Source: an uncultured bacterium (GTDB lineage: Bacteria > Bacillota_I > Bacilli_A > RFN20 > CAG-826). From it: a stretch of 63,790 bases of DNA. Each line of letters opens with the position of its first letter. Positions within the stretch are counted from its first letter, which is position 1. The stretch is from assembly GCA_949292105.1 (NCBI GenBank), contig CASEYK010000023.1, positions 1 through 63,790 on the forward strand. The letters are read 5' to 3'. Below the pieces are notes generated by a model. That model made no database searches. It worked only from the letters and a program-made list of their open reading frames with translations, and had not been told where the DNA came from. The translations under genes and the position numbers were made by a program. Positions 9,063 to 18,673 of the stretch are shown here, piece after piece.

Positions 9063-10313
9063 TTATATGCTGATTTTAAAATATTTTTGATTATTTTTAT
9101 TTTTTACCATGTAAATTTCAAATAGATTACTATTATCAACTTCGTTGGCAGAACCCATCATAATTGCCATCACGATATAGTCAATTTTAATTGTGTAATT
9201 AGCATAAAAAAATTGTATCAAAAAGATGGCGGTAGCAAACATAATTATTAATTTTTTATCGCTTGTGTTTCTTTTGATAGCTTTGTAGAGCGGAATAAAA
9301 ATTAGTAATTGAAATAAAATCACCTCGATAAATCCATAATTAAACCAAAGCTCAACAATGTTGTTATGAGAAAAGTGGCCAGAAAACGAATAATTGCCAA
9401 ATGTAAATACTCCACCATATCCCAAAAATGGTCTCTTTAAACAAAATTCTATCCCTTCAATAAACAAAAATAGACGGGGCTCGTATGAGTTAAGAATATT
9501 GATTGAAAACAGTGTTTCGATCGAACTAAATAATCTAGTTCTTAAATTAGCCATTGGCGGTAAAAATAGAATTAAAACAAAGCAGCAAGCTGCCACTATA
9601 GTGACTAGTATCGAATATTGAATTTTTTTGCGGCCAAAAAAAGCAAAAATAGCAATTATTAATACTAAAATAGCAATCAATAATGCGCTTCTACTTCCTG
9701 TTACAAAAATTAAAATAACAGAATAAACCGCTGGGATTATTAATAGCCATCGTTTTTTGATTAAGCCAACATATATGTAATAACAAAAAAGATAAAGGAA
9801 AATATATCCAACAATATTCAAATCGCCAAAATCAGCCCCTATTCTCGCCCCATCTAATTTGATTATTGAATCAAAATAAAAAATGGTAAAACTTAGTAAG
9901 AAGCATATACCTGCTATTCCGAATATGGAACATATTGCTACACGATATTTTTTTATTCTCAGTATTTGATAGAAAATAAAACATGTCGCGCTTAATAAAA
10001 GAACAGTGGTATCAAAATAAAAGATGCCATTCAAGATGCTGTTTATAGGAATCAACAAATTGAAAATGATCAGTATAAAAAAGAAATAGTCGAAAATGAG
10101 TTTTTGATATAAAAGGCACCAAGCTAAAATCATTAGAGACAAAATTGCATATAATGCTATATTAACGAGATTCCATGGATATATATAGTTCAATGTCATC
10201 GTGATGTAAAACATCAAGAAAAATAAAATAAAAATAGATAATTCGATAATTATTCTTTGTTTGTTTTTTCCTGAAATAAAACGGAGCCATAAATCACTCA
10301 TGAAGAGTTTCAT
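9063..10313 (-). CDS. O-antigen polymerase/ligase (Wzy_C family)
   Basis: Multi-TM protein with TGSRSA, R...PFLGYG and HNNIVE motifs. Confidence 0.85.
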   Translation of the reverse strand: MKLFMSDLWLRFISGKNKQRIIIELSIFILFFLMFYITMTLNYIYPWNLVNIALYAILSLMILAWCLLYQKLIFDYFFFILIIFNLLIPINSILNGIFYFDTTVLLLSATCFIFYQILRIKKYRVAICSIFGIAGICFLLSFTIFYFDSIIKLDGARIGADFGDLNIVGYIFLYLFCYYIYVGLIKKRWLLIIPAVYSVILIFVTGSRSALLIAILVLIIAIFAFFGRKKIQYSILVTIVAACCFVLILFLPPMANLRTRLFSSIETLFSINILNSYEPRLFLFIEGIEFCLKRPFLGYGGVFTFGNYSFSGHFSHNNIVELWFNYGFIEVILFQLLIFIPLYKAIKRNTSDKKLIIMFATAIFLIQFFYANYTIKIDYIVMAIMMGSANEVDNSNLFEIYMVKNKNNQKYFKISI

Positions 10314-12054
10314 AAGATTTTTTTCTCCTATTTAATAATTTTTTAACAATTTTTGGCAAAAATAAGACTGTAATAATGCACAAAAAAGATATTAAGCAAA
10401 ACAAACCACCAAACGAGTTTAGAATCTTATATGAAGAAAAATTAAAATTATTTGCTACTTGATATATATTGAGGCAAACGCTAACAAATATAGGAGGAAT
10501 TAGTATTAGCAATGTTAACAACAAGTTAAAAATAATTGGTGAATGTTTACAGAAACTTTCAAGAGATTTTGAATATTTGTAAATTAGCAGGGCAAAAATT
10601 ATTTCCAATATTATGCCAGCAAAAATAAAAAGATATTTTGCAATGTTGCTCCAGTTGCTTTCTTTACCGAAAAGCGAAATAGTGTATAAATTAGATAATT
10701 CGGTAAATTCAGAAATTTCTGTCTTTAATCCCTGAATATAACTATATCCTATGAAGCAATCGCCTTCTTGGAAATAGGGCAGCAACGATGAACTAACTAG
10801 CGTCTGGGTATTAATGTAACTAGACGAGGAATCAAAACACATATTCGCATAAAGACTCTCGCTTAAAAAACTAAGATTTAAGTATGCAAAATCGCCTAAG
10901 AACATCTTAAAAATGGGCGTATGTCCATAATCGTCAACAAGTAAATTTGCAATTGAATATTCGTATTGATACTCGCCAATGGTGAGTATTACATGTTGCT
11001 CGGGATTGGCAATATAATCTTCGATTTTCTCATCTTCGTTTTTAATTTCTTCAATCAGCGATGTGGTTAGGAATAATGTTTTTGAATTATTGTCTCGGAA
11101 ATCGTTGGGCAAGTAAAATTTTCTTTTAAGAGCGATTTTTGAAAAGACATTGTATGTTGATATTGATTCATCGTTTGTTGGGGCTGCATATCCCAAATCT
11201 GTTCCAGATGAAATTAGTGTTATATTTTTAGTTTTTCCGTTTGCAAAGGTTATTTTAATATCGGATAAATCTTTAGAATACGCCCTTATGTAAAACGGAA
11301 CATACTTAGTTTCTCTAAAATCACTAGTTGAAACATAATAATATGGCGTGAAAGAATTATATCCACTAGCTAAATTCATTATTTCATTTGCACCACCTTC
11401 ACCAAGAATGTTGAGGGGAGTATTTGAAATATATTCGGCGTGACTATAATTATTGTCACTTTCATTAGCTTTTTTACCTATATATTGATATGTTGAGTCG
11501 ATTTGCGTGCTTATATCAAAAAAACCAGAAAAGTAAAAACAAGCATTACCAAAACACCCTAATAAAAGGGTTAATAGTAGCATCCATATTCTTTTTGTTT
11601 TAATCTTTGGAACAAACAAAATTTTATTATTAAATTTCACCGACAGATGTTTTTTTTCTACAAAATTTGCTTCAGTGCTATATTTTGTCAACTGAAATTG
11701 TTTAATAAATGAAGGAATTTTAGTTTTTTCGCAACCACTAAAAATTAAAACAGGGCAATCAAAACGGCAATTTAATTTAGAAACCATATTTTGATCATTC
11801 ATTAAAATTCCATCTTTATCGTCAATGCAAATTATTTTAACAGTTAGTTTTTGCGATTTGTTTCTTAAAAAATTATCAATAGATTTTTTTTGATTAACAA
11901 TTTTTTGACTATTAAAACAATTTTTTGCAATTGACCATTTTTTTGCGATAGATACTATTTTTGAGAACAATTCAAAATCATTTGTGAAGTACACATCGTT
12001 TTCAACTACAAAATTTTGTTCATCTAGTCTCAGAATCATATACTTATTTTGCAT
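10294..12054 (-). CDS. Hypothetical membrane protein
   Basis: Soluble N-terminus, one TM, a ~290-aa loop, then three C-terminal TMs; overlaps both neighbours in the operon. Confidence 0.7.
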   Translation of the reverse strand: MQNKYMILRLDEQNFVVENDVYFTNDFELFSKIVSIAKKWSIAKNCFNSQKIVNQKKSIDNFLRNKSQKLTVKIICIDDKDGILMNDQNMVSKLNCRFDCPVLIFSGCEKTKIPSFIKQFQLTKYSTEANFVEKKHLSVKFNNKILFVPKIKTKRIWMLLLTLLLGCFGNACFYFSGFFDISTQIDSTYQYIGKKANESDNNYSHAEYISNTPLNILGEGGANEIMNLASGYNSFTPYYYVSTSDFRETKYVPFYIRAYSKDLSDIKITFANGKTKNITLISSGTDLGYAAPTNDESISTYNVFSKIALKRKFYLPNDFRDNNSKTLFLTTSLIEEIKNEDEKIEDYIANPEQHVILTIGEYQYEYSIANLLVDDYGHTPIFKMFLGDFAYLNLSFLSESLYANMCFDSSSSYINTQTLVSSSLLPYFQEGDCFIGYSYIQGLKTEISEFTELSNLYTISLFGKESNWSNIAKYLFIFAGIILEIIFALLIYKYSKSLESFCKHSPIIFNLLLTLLILIPPIFVSVCLNIYQVANNFNFSSYKILNSFGGLFCLISFLCIITVLFLPKIVKKLLNRRKKSYETLHE

Positions 12055-13138
12055 TTTCTACAAACAATTTTAAATATTCTTCTGCAGTTTGGTCGATAGA
12101 ATATTTTTTTGATGACTCAACAGCATTGTAAGAAATTTGCTGATATTTATTAGGACAAGTTATTATATCAATTATTTTGTCTGAATATTTCTCTGGAAAT
12201 TCGTTTGAAATCAAGAATCCATTTACTCCATCATTGATTATCGTTTTATTTCCCAAGCAATCACTAGCTAACATGATGCAGCCAGATGAAAGTGCTTCTA
12301 TGATTGAAATTGATTTCATTTCCCACACAGAACACAGAAAAGAAATTTTGGCATTTGACAATATTTCTGGAATTTTTCTATTGTCGACTTGACCTGCTAA
12401 GATTATCGATTCTGACAGCCCTTTTTCGGCGATTGTTTTTTCAATTTCCGGCTTTAAACTTCCGCTGCCGTATAGCACCGCCTTAAAATTCTTTACTTTT
12501 TTAATAACTGTTTCAAAAATTTTGATAGCTAAGGCATGATTTTTTTGCTCTTCGAATCTTGCAAACATAACTAAGTCTGTTTTTCGATTTTTAAGTTCAT
12601 TGGTATTCGCAAACTTAGAAATATCAACGCCATTCTCTATGACTGGTACGTATTGTAATTTGTAATATTTTTTTACATTATCATCGTCGATAATGTTGAC
12701 TGGTATTGCAATTTTCTTTCTAAAAATATGCTTCATCAAGTAATTAGAAATTTTTCCACCTTCCAATCCTGGCAAAGTGTGAATTGTGTGAAGGATAACA
12801 ACTTTTTTTCTTAAATTATTTTTCCTTGTAGCTAAATAAGTCGTTATTAGTGCGTTGTTTTCCGTGTGTATAAAATGAATATTATGTTTGATAATTATAT
12901 CCTTTAACCTTTTTGCACATTTAAAATCAATGCCTTTTTTCTTTCCAAGAAAAAAATATTCAATGTTATTCTGCTCCAACGTATCAATAAATGCTTTCGT
13001 GTGCTCATTGAATAGAATAGCAACTTTTAGATTTACTTTCTTGTTCATTGCCAAACATAAATTTATGGCGAATGTTTCCGCTCCGCCGGTTGGTTTTAAT
13101 GAATTGATAACTTCCAACACATTGATATTTTTGTTCAT
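12044..13138 (-). CDS. Glycosyltransferase family 4
   Basis: GGAE, IENGVD, ARFEEQKN and EX7E (EMKSISIIE) motifs. Confidence 0.9.
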   Translation of the reverse strand: MNKNINVLEVINSLKPTGGAETFAINLCLAMNKKVNLKVAILFNEHTKAFIDTLEQNNIEYFFLGKKKGIDFKCAKRLKDIIIKHNIHFIHTENNALITTYLATRKNNLRKKVVILHTIHTLPGLEGGKISNYLMKHIFRKKIAIPVNIIDDDNVKKYYKLQYVPVIENGVDISKFANTNELKNRKTDLVMFARFEEQKNHALAIKIFETVIKKVKNFKAVLYGSGSLKPEIEKTIAEKGLSESIILAGQVDNRKIPEILSNAKISFLCSVWEMKSISIIEALSSGCIMLASDCLGNKTIINDGVNGFLISNEFPEKYSDKIIDIITCPNKYQQISYNAVESSKKYSIDQTAEEYLKLFVENAK

Positions 13139-13184
13139 ATGAATATTTATTGCCTCTTTTAAAACTAATTTTCGTCTTGATTAA

Positions 13185-14243
13185 TTAAATGATATTGTTC
13201 TTTTTAAGAAAATCAACAAAACTTTCACGACTATATTTATTTTTCTCTAAATAGAGTTCATTTCTTTTTCGATTCAATATTTGTTTGTTGTTGTAGATAA
13301 ATATTAATCGTTCAATCAATTGTTCTAAATTATTCATTTCAAAAAAGAAACTATTTGCTTCAGACATGATATATTTGCTCGATTCAAATCTTGAAGAAAT
13401 GGTGGGGACACCAGCAATGAACATATCGATAACGGAGCCAGGAGCACATTCCTGAGAAAAATGTGACGGGAACATATGCAAATCATATTCGCTGAGTCGC
13501 TCATATGATTTTTTATCGGACGCTCTCAATGACAATTTCAAATAATTTATGTAAGAATATTTTTTGCTATATTCTATTACTTTTTTCTCTGTTTCGATAG
13601 TACACGTTTCTTTGCGATTTACGCCACCCGCGATGTCAAGAGTAAAGCATATTTTATTCATTTTTTCATTTACAGCTATGACAGCGTTGATGGCGTCTAG
13701 AACACCTTTTTTCTCGTGTATTCGGGAGAAGTAGATAGCTTTTAATACCGTGTCATTTGTATAAATTTTCTCTCGCTGCTCAAGATCATATATTTTTTTT
13801 ACGCAAGGAAATAAGAGATATTTTGGAGAGTCAACTTTTTGTTTAAGAGTTTGTTCAACAATAGGACTTTCGACGATTAAATAATCACATTTATTAATTT
13901 CGTCATAATAGATTTTTTTATCCTCAAAACCTATATCGCCATTTCCGATGATATAGAACCATTTGCTTGTTTTTTTATTTTTAGGTTGCCATTTATTAAA
14001 AAGTCTTAGAGCAAGACTGCCACCAACAATGCATTTTGAAACGAATAAAACATCATATCGCCTAATTTTGAGCAATAGATATAATTTTAAAATTTGAAAA
14101 ATTTGGATTTTAGTTAAATCGATTACATCTATTTTGCAATTTAACTGTTTTAAGCACCACAAAACCTCTTTTGATTTATTCCTTTCACCATCATACATTT
14201 TTTTCTTATTTGGCAAAGAAGCGATGAACAATAACCTTTTCAT
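13185..14243 (-). CDS. Glycosyltransferase, GT-B/GT4-like
   Basis: FSRIHEKKG and FPS...ECAPGSVIDMFIAGVPTISS (variant EX7D) motifs. Confidence 0.85.
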   Translation of the reverse strand: MKRLLFIASLPNKKKMYDGERNKSKEVLWCLKQLNCKIDVIDLTKIQIFQILKLYLLLKIRRYDVLFVSKCIVGGSLALRLFNKWQPKNKKTSKWFYIIGNGDIGFEDKKIYYDEINKCDYLIVESPIVEQTLKQKVDSPKYLLFPCVKKIYDLEQREKIYTNDTVLKAIYFSRIHEKKGVLDAINAVIAVNEKMNKICFTLDIAGGVNRKETCTIETEKKVIEYSKKYSYINYLKLSLRASDKKSYERLSEYDLHMFPSHFSQECAPGSVIDMFIAGVPTISSRFESSKYIMSEANSFFFEMNNLEQLIERLIFIYNNKQILNRKRNELYLEKNKYSRESFVDFLKKNNII

Positions 14244-14321
14244 AAAACTCTCCAGACATTACACCACAAATTATATTAGATTTTTCTAATGTATGAAACA
14301 AAAACTAAGCGCGTGTGTAAT

Positions 14322-14350
14322 TTGACATATTCCTAATCAAGCAATATAAT
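14322..14350 (+). promoter_or_regulatory. Consensus sigma-70/SigA promoter
   Basis: TTGACA (14322-27), 17-bp spacer, TATAAT (14345-50); the ATG follows 8 nt later. Confidence 0.85.
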
Positions 14351-14358
14351 TCATAAAG

Positions 14359-15120
14359 ATGGAAATCAATCGCGATATTGTTGTTAGCATAATAACTCCT
14401 TCCTACAGGAGTAAAAATTTTATCTTTGATACTTATAAAAGCGTCATAAATCAAAAATGTTTAACTTGGGAATGGATTATTGTCGACGATTGTTCTGATG
14501 ACGGATCATTTGAATTTATTGAACATTTGGTGGCGGGTGATTCGCGTATACATGTCTTGAAAACGGACAAGAATAGCGGAACATCTGTTGCAAGAAATAT
14601 AGGATTGAAATTTGCAAAAGGCAGGTACATAACATTTTTGGACTCTGATGATTTATTAGATGAAAATTACTTGTCGAATCAACTGGAATTTATCCAAACC
14701 AATGGTCCGTTAATTACATCAAGTTATCGCAGAAAAGCTGAACACACATGTACTGATTTTATAGTTCCAGAACGAATTGATTACAAATTAGCTTTGAAAG
14801 GTAACCCAATGTCGTGCTTAACAACTATGTATGATAGAACAGCAATTGGAGAAGTATATTTTCCAGAAGACATTAGCAAAGCTGAAGATTATGTGTTTTG
14901 GTTGAATATTCTTAAAAAAGGTTTTGTCGCCGTGGGCAACAAAAACGTGCTAGCTACATATATTATTCATGCCAATAGCAAATCACACAATAAATGGAAA
15001 CTCATCAAACACATGTACTACATTTATCATAAAACACAAAAAATTAATTGGCTATCGAGTATGTTTTATGTACTAAGATGGGCATTTTACGGATTAAAAA
15101 AATATAAAAATGTTCATTAA
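14359..15120 (+). CDS. Glycosyltransferase family 2 (TuaG-like)
   Basis: VSIITPSY, IVDDCSDD, ARNIGL, FLDSDD and ED motifs. Confidence 0.9.
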   Translation: MEINRDIVVSIITPSYRSKNFIFDTYKSVINQKCLTWEWIIVDDCSDDGSFEFIEHLVAGDSRIHVLKTDKNSGTSVARNIGLKFAKGRYITFLDSDDLLDENYLSNQLEFIQTNGPLITSSYRRKAEHTCTDFIVPERIDYKLALKGNPMSCLTTMYDRTAIGEVYFPEDISKAEDYVFWLNILKKGFVAVGNKNVLATYIIHANSKSHNKWKLIKHMYYIYHKTQKINWLSSMFYVLRWAFYGLKKYKNVH

Positions 15121-15202
15121 GCCAGCTAGATACAATTATGCAAATGTGCAAAAACAGCATTTTAGTATTTATTAGTTTTCAAATTTATCATAAAATACTG
15201 GT

Positions 15203-16405
15203 ATGTCTTCTATATCATTACGAGAAATACGCAAAAATTGCAGATTAACACAACAAGAAGCAAGCCAAATTGTAGGTATGCCATTAAGAACCTATGTTTC
15301 TTATGAGCAGTGTGAATTAAAAGCTGATCAACTCAAACTCGAAAGAGTCAAAGAGAAGTTAATTGAATATGCCGCCAAAAATGTTTCTATTTTAAAAAAC
15401 AAAATTTTACTTATAACAGGTGGAACAGGTTCGTTTGGCCATGCAGTAGTTGATAGGTTTTTGAATACTGATGTAAAAGAAATTAGAATCTTATCTCGTG
15501 ATGAAAAAAAACAAGATGATATGCGCAGAGCGTACAATAATGATAAATTAAAGTTTTATATTGGTGATGTTAGAAATTTGGATTCAATTATCGATGCTTT
15601 TAGAGGAGTTGATTATGTATTCAATGCTGCGGCTTTAAAACAAGTTCCTTCTTGCGAATTTTACCCAATGGAAGCCGTGCGAACTAATATCATTGGTTCT
15701 GATAATGTTATAACCGCTTGTGTTCGTAACCATGTTAAAAAAGCCATTTTTCTTTCAACTGATAAAGCGGCATATCCAATCAATGCTATGGGCATTACGA
15801 AAGCTTTAATGGAAAAGAATGTTATTGCACGTAGTAGACAAATGCTACCAGGTGATACGGTTTTATGCTTAACTCGCTATGGAAATGTTATGGCGTCTCG
15901 CGGTAGTGTTATTCCTTTATTTTTAAATCAAATTCATGAAGGAAAACCAATCACAATCACCAACCCAGACATGACTAGATTTATGATGACGCTCGATGAT
16001 GCTGTTGATTTGGTACTCTATGCATTTGAACACGGCGAACAAGGTGATTTGTTTGTACAAAAAGCACCTGCTGCAACGATTGAAACTCTCGCTCAAGCTG
16101 TCATCAACCTAACTGGTAGCAAAACTGGCATCAGCTATATTGGAACAAGACATGGTGAAAAGTTATACGAAACACTTGTCACACAAGAAGAAATGCTAAA
16201 AGCAATTGATTTAGGCAACTTTTTCTGCGTTAAAGCGGACAATAGAGATTTAAATTACGACAAATATTTTTCCAAAGGAAATAAAAAACTCAATTTAGGA
16301 GAAAGTTACACATCTCATAATACAGGTCGCCTTGATGTCAAAGGCATGGAAGAATTACTTAAAAAATTAGAATTGTTTGGCGGACCTGTTAAGCAACACG
16401 AATAG
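15203..16405 (+). CDS. fnlA: XRE-HTH fused to UDP-GlcNAc 4,6-dehydratase/5-epimerase (FnlA/CapE/WbjB)
   Basis: Residues 1-~60 LREIRKNCRLTQQEASQIVGMPLRTYVSYEQ form an HTH_3; then GGTGSFG, SRDEKKQDDMR, AAALKQVPSCEFYP, STDKAAYPINAMG and RYGNVMASRGSV. Confidence 0.9.
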   Translation: MSSISLREIRKNCRLTQQEASQIVGMPLRTYVSYEQCELKADQLKLERVKEKLIEYAAKNVSILKNKILLITGGTGSFGHAVVDRFLNTDVKEIRILSRDEKKQDDMRRAYNNDKLKFYIGDVRNLDSIIDAFRGVDYVFNAAALKQVPSCEFYPMEAVRTNIIGSDNVITACVRNHVKKAIFLSTDKAAYPINAMGITKALMEKNVIARSRQMLPGDTVLCLTRYGNVMASRGSVIPLFLNQIHEGKPITITNPDMTRFMMTLDDAVDLVLYAFEHGEQGDLFVQKAPAATIETLAQAVINLTGSKTGISYIGTRHGEKLYETLVTQEEMLKAIDLGNFFCVKADNRDLNYDKYFSKGNKKLNLGESYTSHNTGRLDVKGMEELLKKLELFGGPVKQHE

Positions 16406-16416
16406 AGGGTAATGAA

Positions 16417-17565
16417 ATGAATTTTAAAGATAACGGAAAATTAAAACTCTTAATTATTGTTGGCACTCGCCCTGAAATTATTCGTTTGGCTGCTGTCATT
16501 AATAAGTGTCGTGACTATTTTGACACTTTACTTGTTCACACCGGTCAAAATTATGATTACACATTGAATGGTGTATTTTTTAAAGATTTAGGTATTAAAG
16601 ATCCTGATATATATCTCGATGCAGTCGGTAAAGATTTAGGCGAAACCATGGGCAATATTATCGCTAAATCATATCAAGTCATGGTTGAAACTAAGCCAGA
16701 TGCTGTTTTAGTTTTAGGCGATACAAATAGTTGTTTATCTGTTATTGGCGCCAAACGATTGCATATACCCATTTTTCATATGGAGGCCGGTAATCGCTGC
16801 AAAGACGAGTGTTTGCCAGAAGAGACAAATAGAAGAATCGTTGACATTATTTCTGATGTCAACCTCGCCTATAGCGAGCATGCACGACGATATTTAGCTG
16901 ATTGTGGGTTACCAAAAGAGAGAACATATGTCACTGGTTCGCCGATGGCAGAAGTTCTTACTAATAATCTTGAACAAATAGTGGATAGTGACATTCTCAA
17001 AAGACTTAATCTCGAAAAAAATAAATATATTTTGTTGAGCGCTCATCGAGAAGAAAATATCGATACAGATAAGAACTTTTATTCACTTTTCACTGCCATC
17101 AATAAATTGGCTGAAAAATATGATATGCCAATTTTATATAGTTGCCATCCTCGCAGCAAAAAGAAACTAGAGGCATCTGGTTTTAAGTTAGATAAAAGAG
17201 TTGTTATGCATGAGCCATTAGGTTTTCATGATTATAACAATTTACAAATGAATGCCTTTTGCGTAGTTAGCGATAGTGGAACATTACCTGAAGAAAGTTC
17301 TTTTTATGCCTCTATTCATAAGCCGATTGCTGCAGTTTGTATTAGAACATCAACCGAAAGACCTGAGGCTTTAGATAATGCTTGTTTCGTTTTAGCGGGT
17401 ATTGATGAAAAAAATTTGTTACAAGCCGTTGAAGTTGCCGTTAAAGATAAAGAAGGATGCAAACCAGTTGATGATTATACCGATACAAATGTCAGCGATA
17501 AAGTTGTTAAACTCATACAATCGTATACTGGTGTTGTTAACAAAATGGTTTGGAGAAAAGAATAA
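16417..17565 (+). CDS. fnlC: UDP-2-acetamido-2,6-dideoxy-L-talose 2-epimerase (FnlC/CapG; non-hydrolysing 2-epimerase family)
   Basis: GTRPEIIRL, HTGQNYD, HMEAGNRC, PEETNR and SDSGTLPEE motifs; sits between fnlA and fnlB. Confidence 0.9.
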   Translation: MNFKDNGKLKLLIIVGTRPEIIRLAAVINKCRDYFDTLLVHTGQNYDYTLNGVFFKDLGIKDPDIYLDAVGKDLGETMGNIIAKSYQVMVETKPDAVLVLGDTNSCLSVIGAKRLHIPIFHMEAGNRCKDECLPEETNRRIVDIISDVNLAYSEHARRYLADCGLPKERTYVTGSPMAEVLTNNLEQIVDSDILKRLNLEKNKYILLSAHREENIDTDKNFYSLFTAINKLAEKYDMPILYSCHPRSKKKLEASGFKLDKRVVMHEPLGFHDYNNLQMNAFCVVSDSGTLPEESSFYASIHKPIAAVCIRTSTERPEALDNACFVLAGIDEKNLLQAVEVAVKDKEGCKPVDDYTDTNVSDKVVKLIQSYTGVVNKMVWRKE

Positions 17566-18608
17566 TGAAAGTTCTCGTCACCGGTTCCAATGGTTTTATT
17601 GGTAAACATATGTGTGTCCTGCTTAAAAGAAAAGGGCATGAAGTTTTTGCTTATGATTTAGAATCTTCCGAAGAGGATTTGCGTAAATATGTTTTGCAAG
17701 CTGAATTTATTGTCCATTTGGCAGGCATCAACCGTCCTTTAACTAATGAAGAGTTTTATGATGGCAATTCAAATTTTACTAAAAAACTTATCGATTTGAT
17801 AAAGACTAATAATCTAATGACACCTATTATTATGTCGAGCTCAATTCAGGCTGTGCTTGATAATGATTATGGCAAATCTAAAAAAATGGGCGAGGATTAT
17901 TTATTTGCTTCTAGATTACCTGTTTATATTTATCGATTAGCAAACGCTTTTGGAAAATGGTGCCGCCCTAATTATAATTCGGCCGCTGCAACTTTTTGCT
18001 ACAACATTGCTCATGATTTGCCGATTGAGATAAGAGATAGAAATTATGTTGTTCACTACAATTATATCGATGATATCGTTGATGAATTTTTAAAAGTAAT
18101 TGAAGCCAAAGAACATCATGGTTCAAAAGATATTTTGTATATAGCACCAACCTACGATTGTTCTTTGGGAAAATTGGCTGATTTGCTATACTATTTCAAA
18201 GGTGAAATAGAATCCGATAGGCATCTACCTATTATTCATGACGAATTTGAATTAAAACTATTCAAAACATTTTGTGATTATTTGAGTGATCCTGGATATA
18301 GTTTCAATTACGCAGCAGATTCTAGAGGATATTTTGAGGAAGTCTATAAATCCAAAAAGTGGGGACAAATCAGTGATAATGTTTCTTATCCTGGCATCAT
18401 CAAAGGCGGGCATTATCACACACATAAAAAAGAGATATTTTATACTGTTATTGGCGAATCAGAAATCATTCAACAAAATGTTCAAACTGGAGAAATTATT
18501 GTTAGTATCGTAAATGGAGATAACCCACAGTTGGTTTCTATAAAAGTACTTTATACGCATAGTATTCAAAACATAGGCAATGGTATTAGCCATACGTTAA
18601 TGAGTTAA
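17565..18608 (+). CDS. fnlB: FnlB/CapF/WbjC reductase-cupin epimerase, possibly C-terminally truncated
   Basis: TGSNGFIG, HLAGINRP, YGKSK, FGKWCRPNYNS and cupin GGHYHTHKKE motifs. The start overlaps the fnlC stop (TAATG). The protein ends abruptly at HTLMS*. Confidence 0.85.
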   Translation: MKVLVTGSNGFIGKHMCVLLKRKGHEVFAYDLESSEEDLRKYVLQAEFIVHLAGINRPLTNEEFYDGNSNFTKKLIDLIKTNNLMTPIIMSSSIQAVLDNDYGKSKKMGEDYLFASRLPVYIYRLANAFGKWCRPNYNSAAATFCYNIAHDLPIEIRDRNYVVHYNYIDDIVDEFLKVIEAKEHHGSKDILYIAPTYDCSLGKLADLLYYFKGEIESDRHLPIIHDEFELKLFKTFCDYLSDPGYSFNYAADSRGYFEEVYKSKKWGQISDNVSYPGIIKGGHYHTHKKEIFYTVIGESEIIQQNVQTGEIIVSIVNGDNPQLVSIKVLYTHSIQNIGNGISHTLMS

Positions 18609-18673
18609 CAGATTTCATATTAATGAAGTCTGTCTTCTTGCTATACTTACATAATTTAGATAAAATGTAAAAG

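Noticed and set aside
6760-13800. A8/T8 homopolymers in wzx and neighbouring capsule genes as phase-variation tracts
   Set aside because: Runs of this length are frequent throughout this AT-rich window, and all frames are intact.
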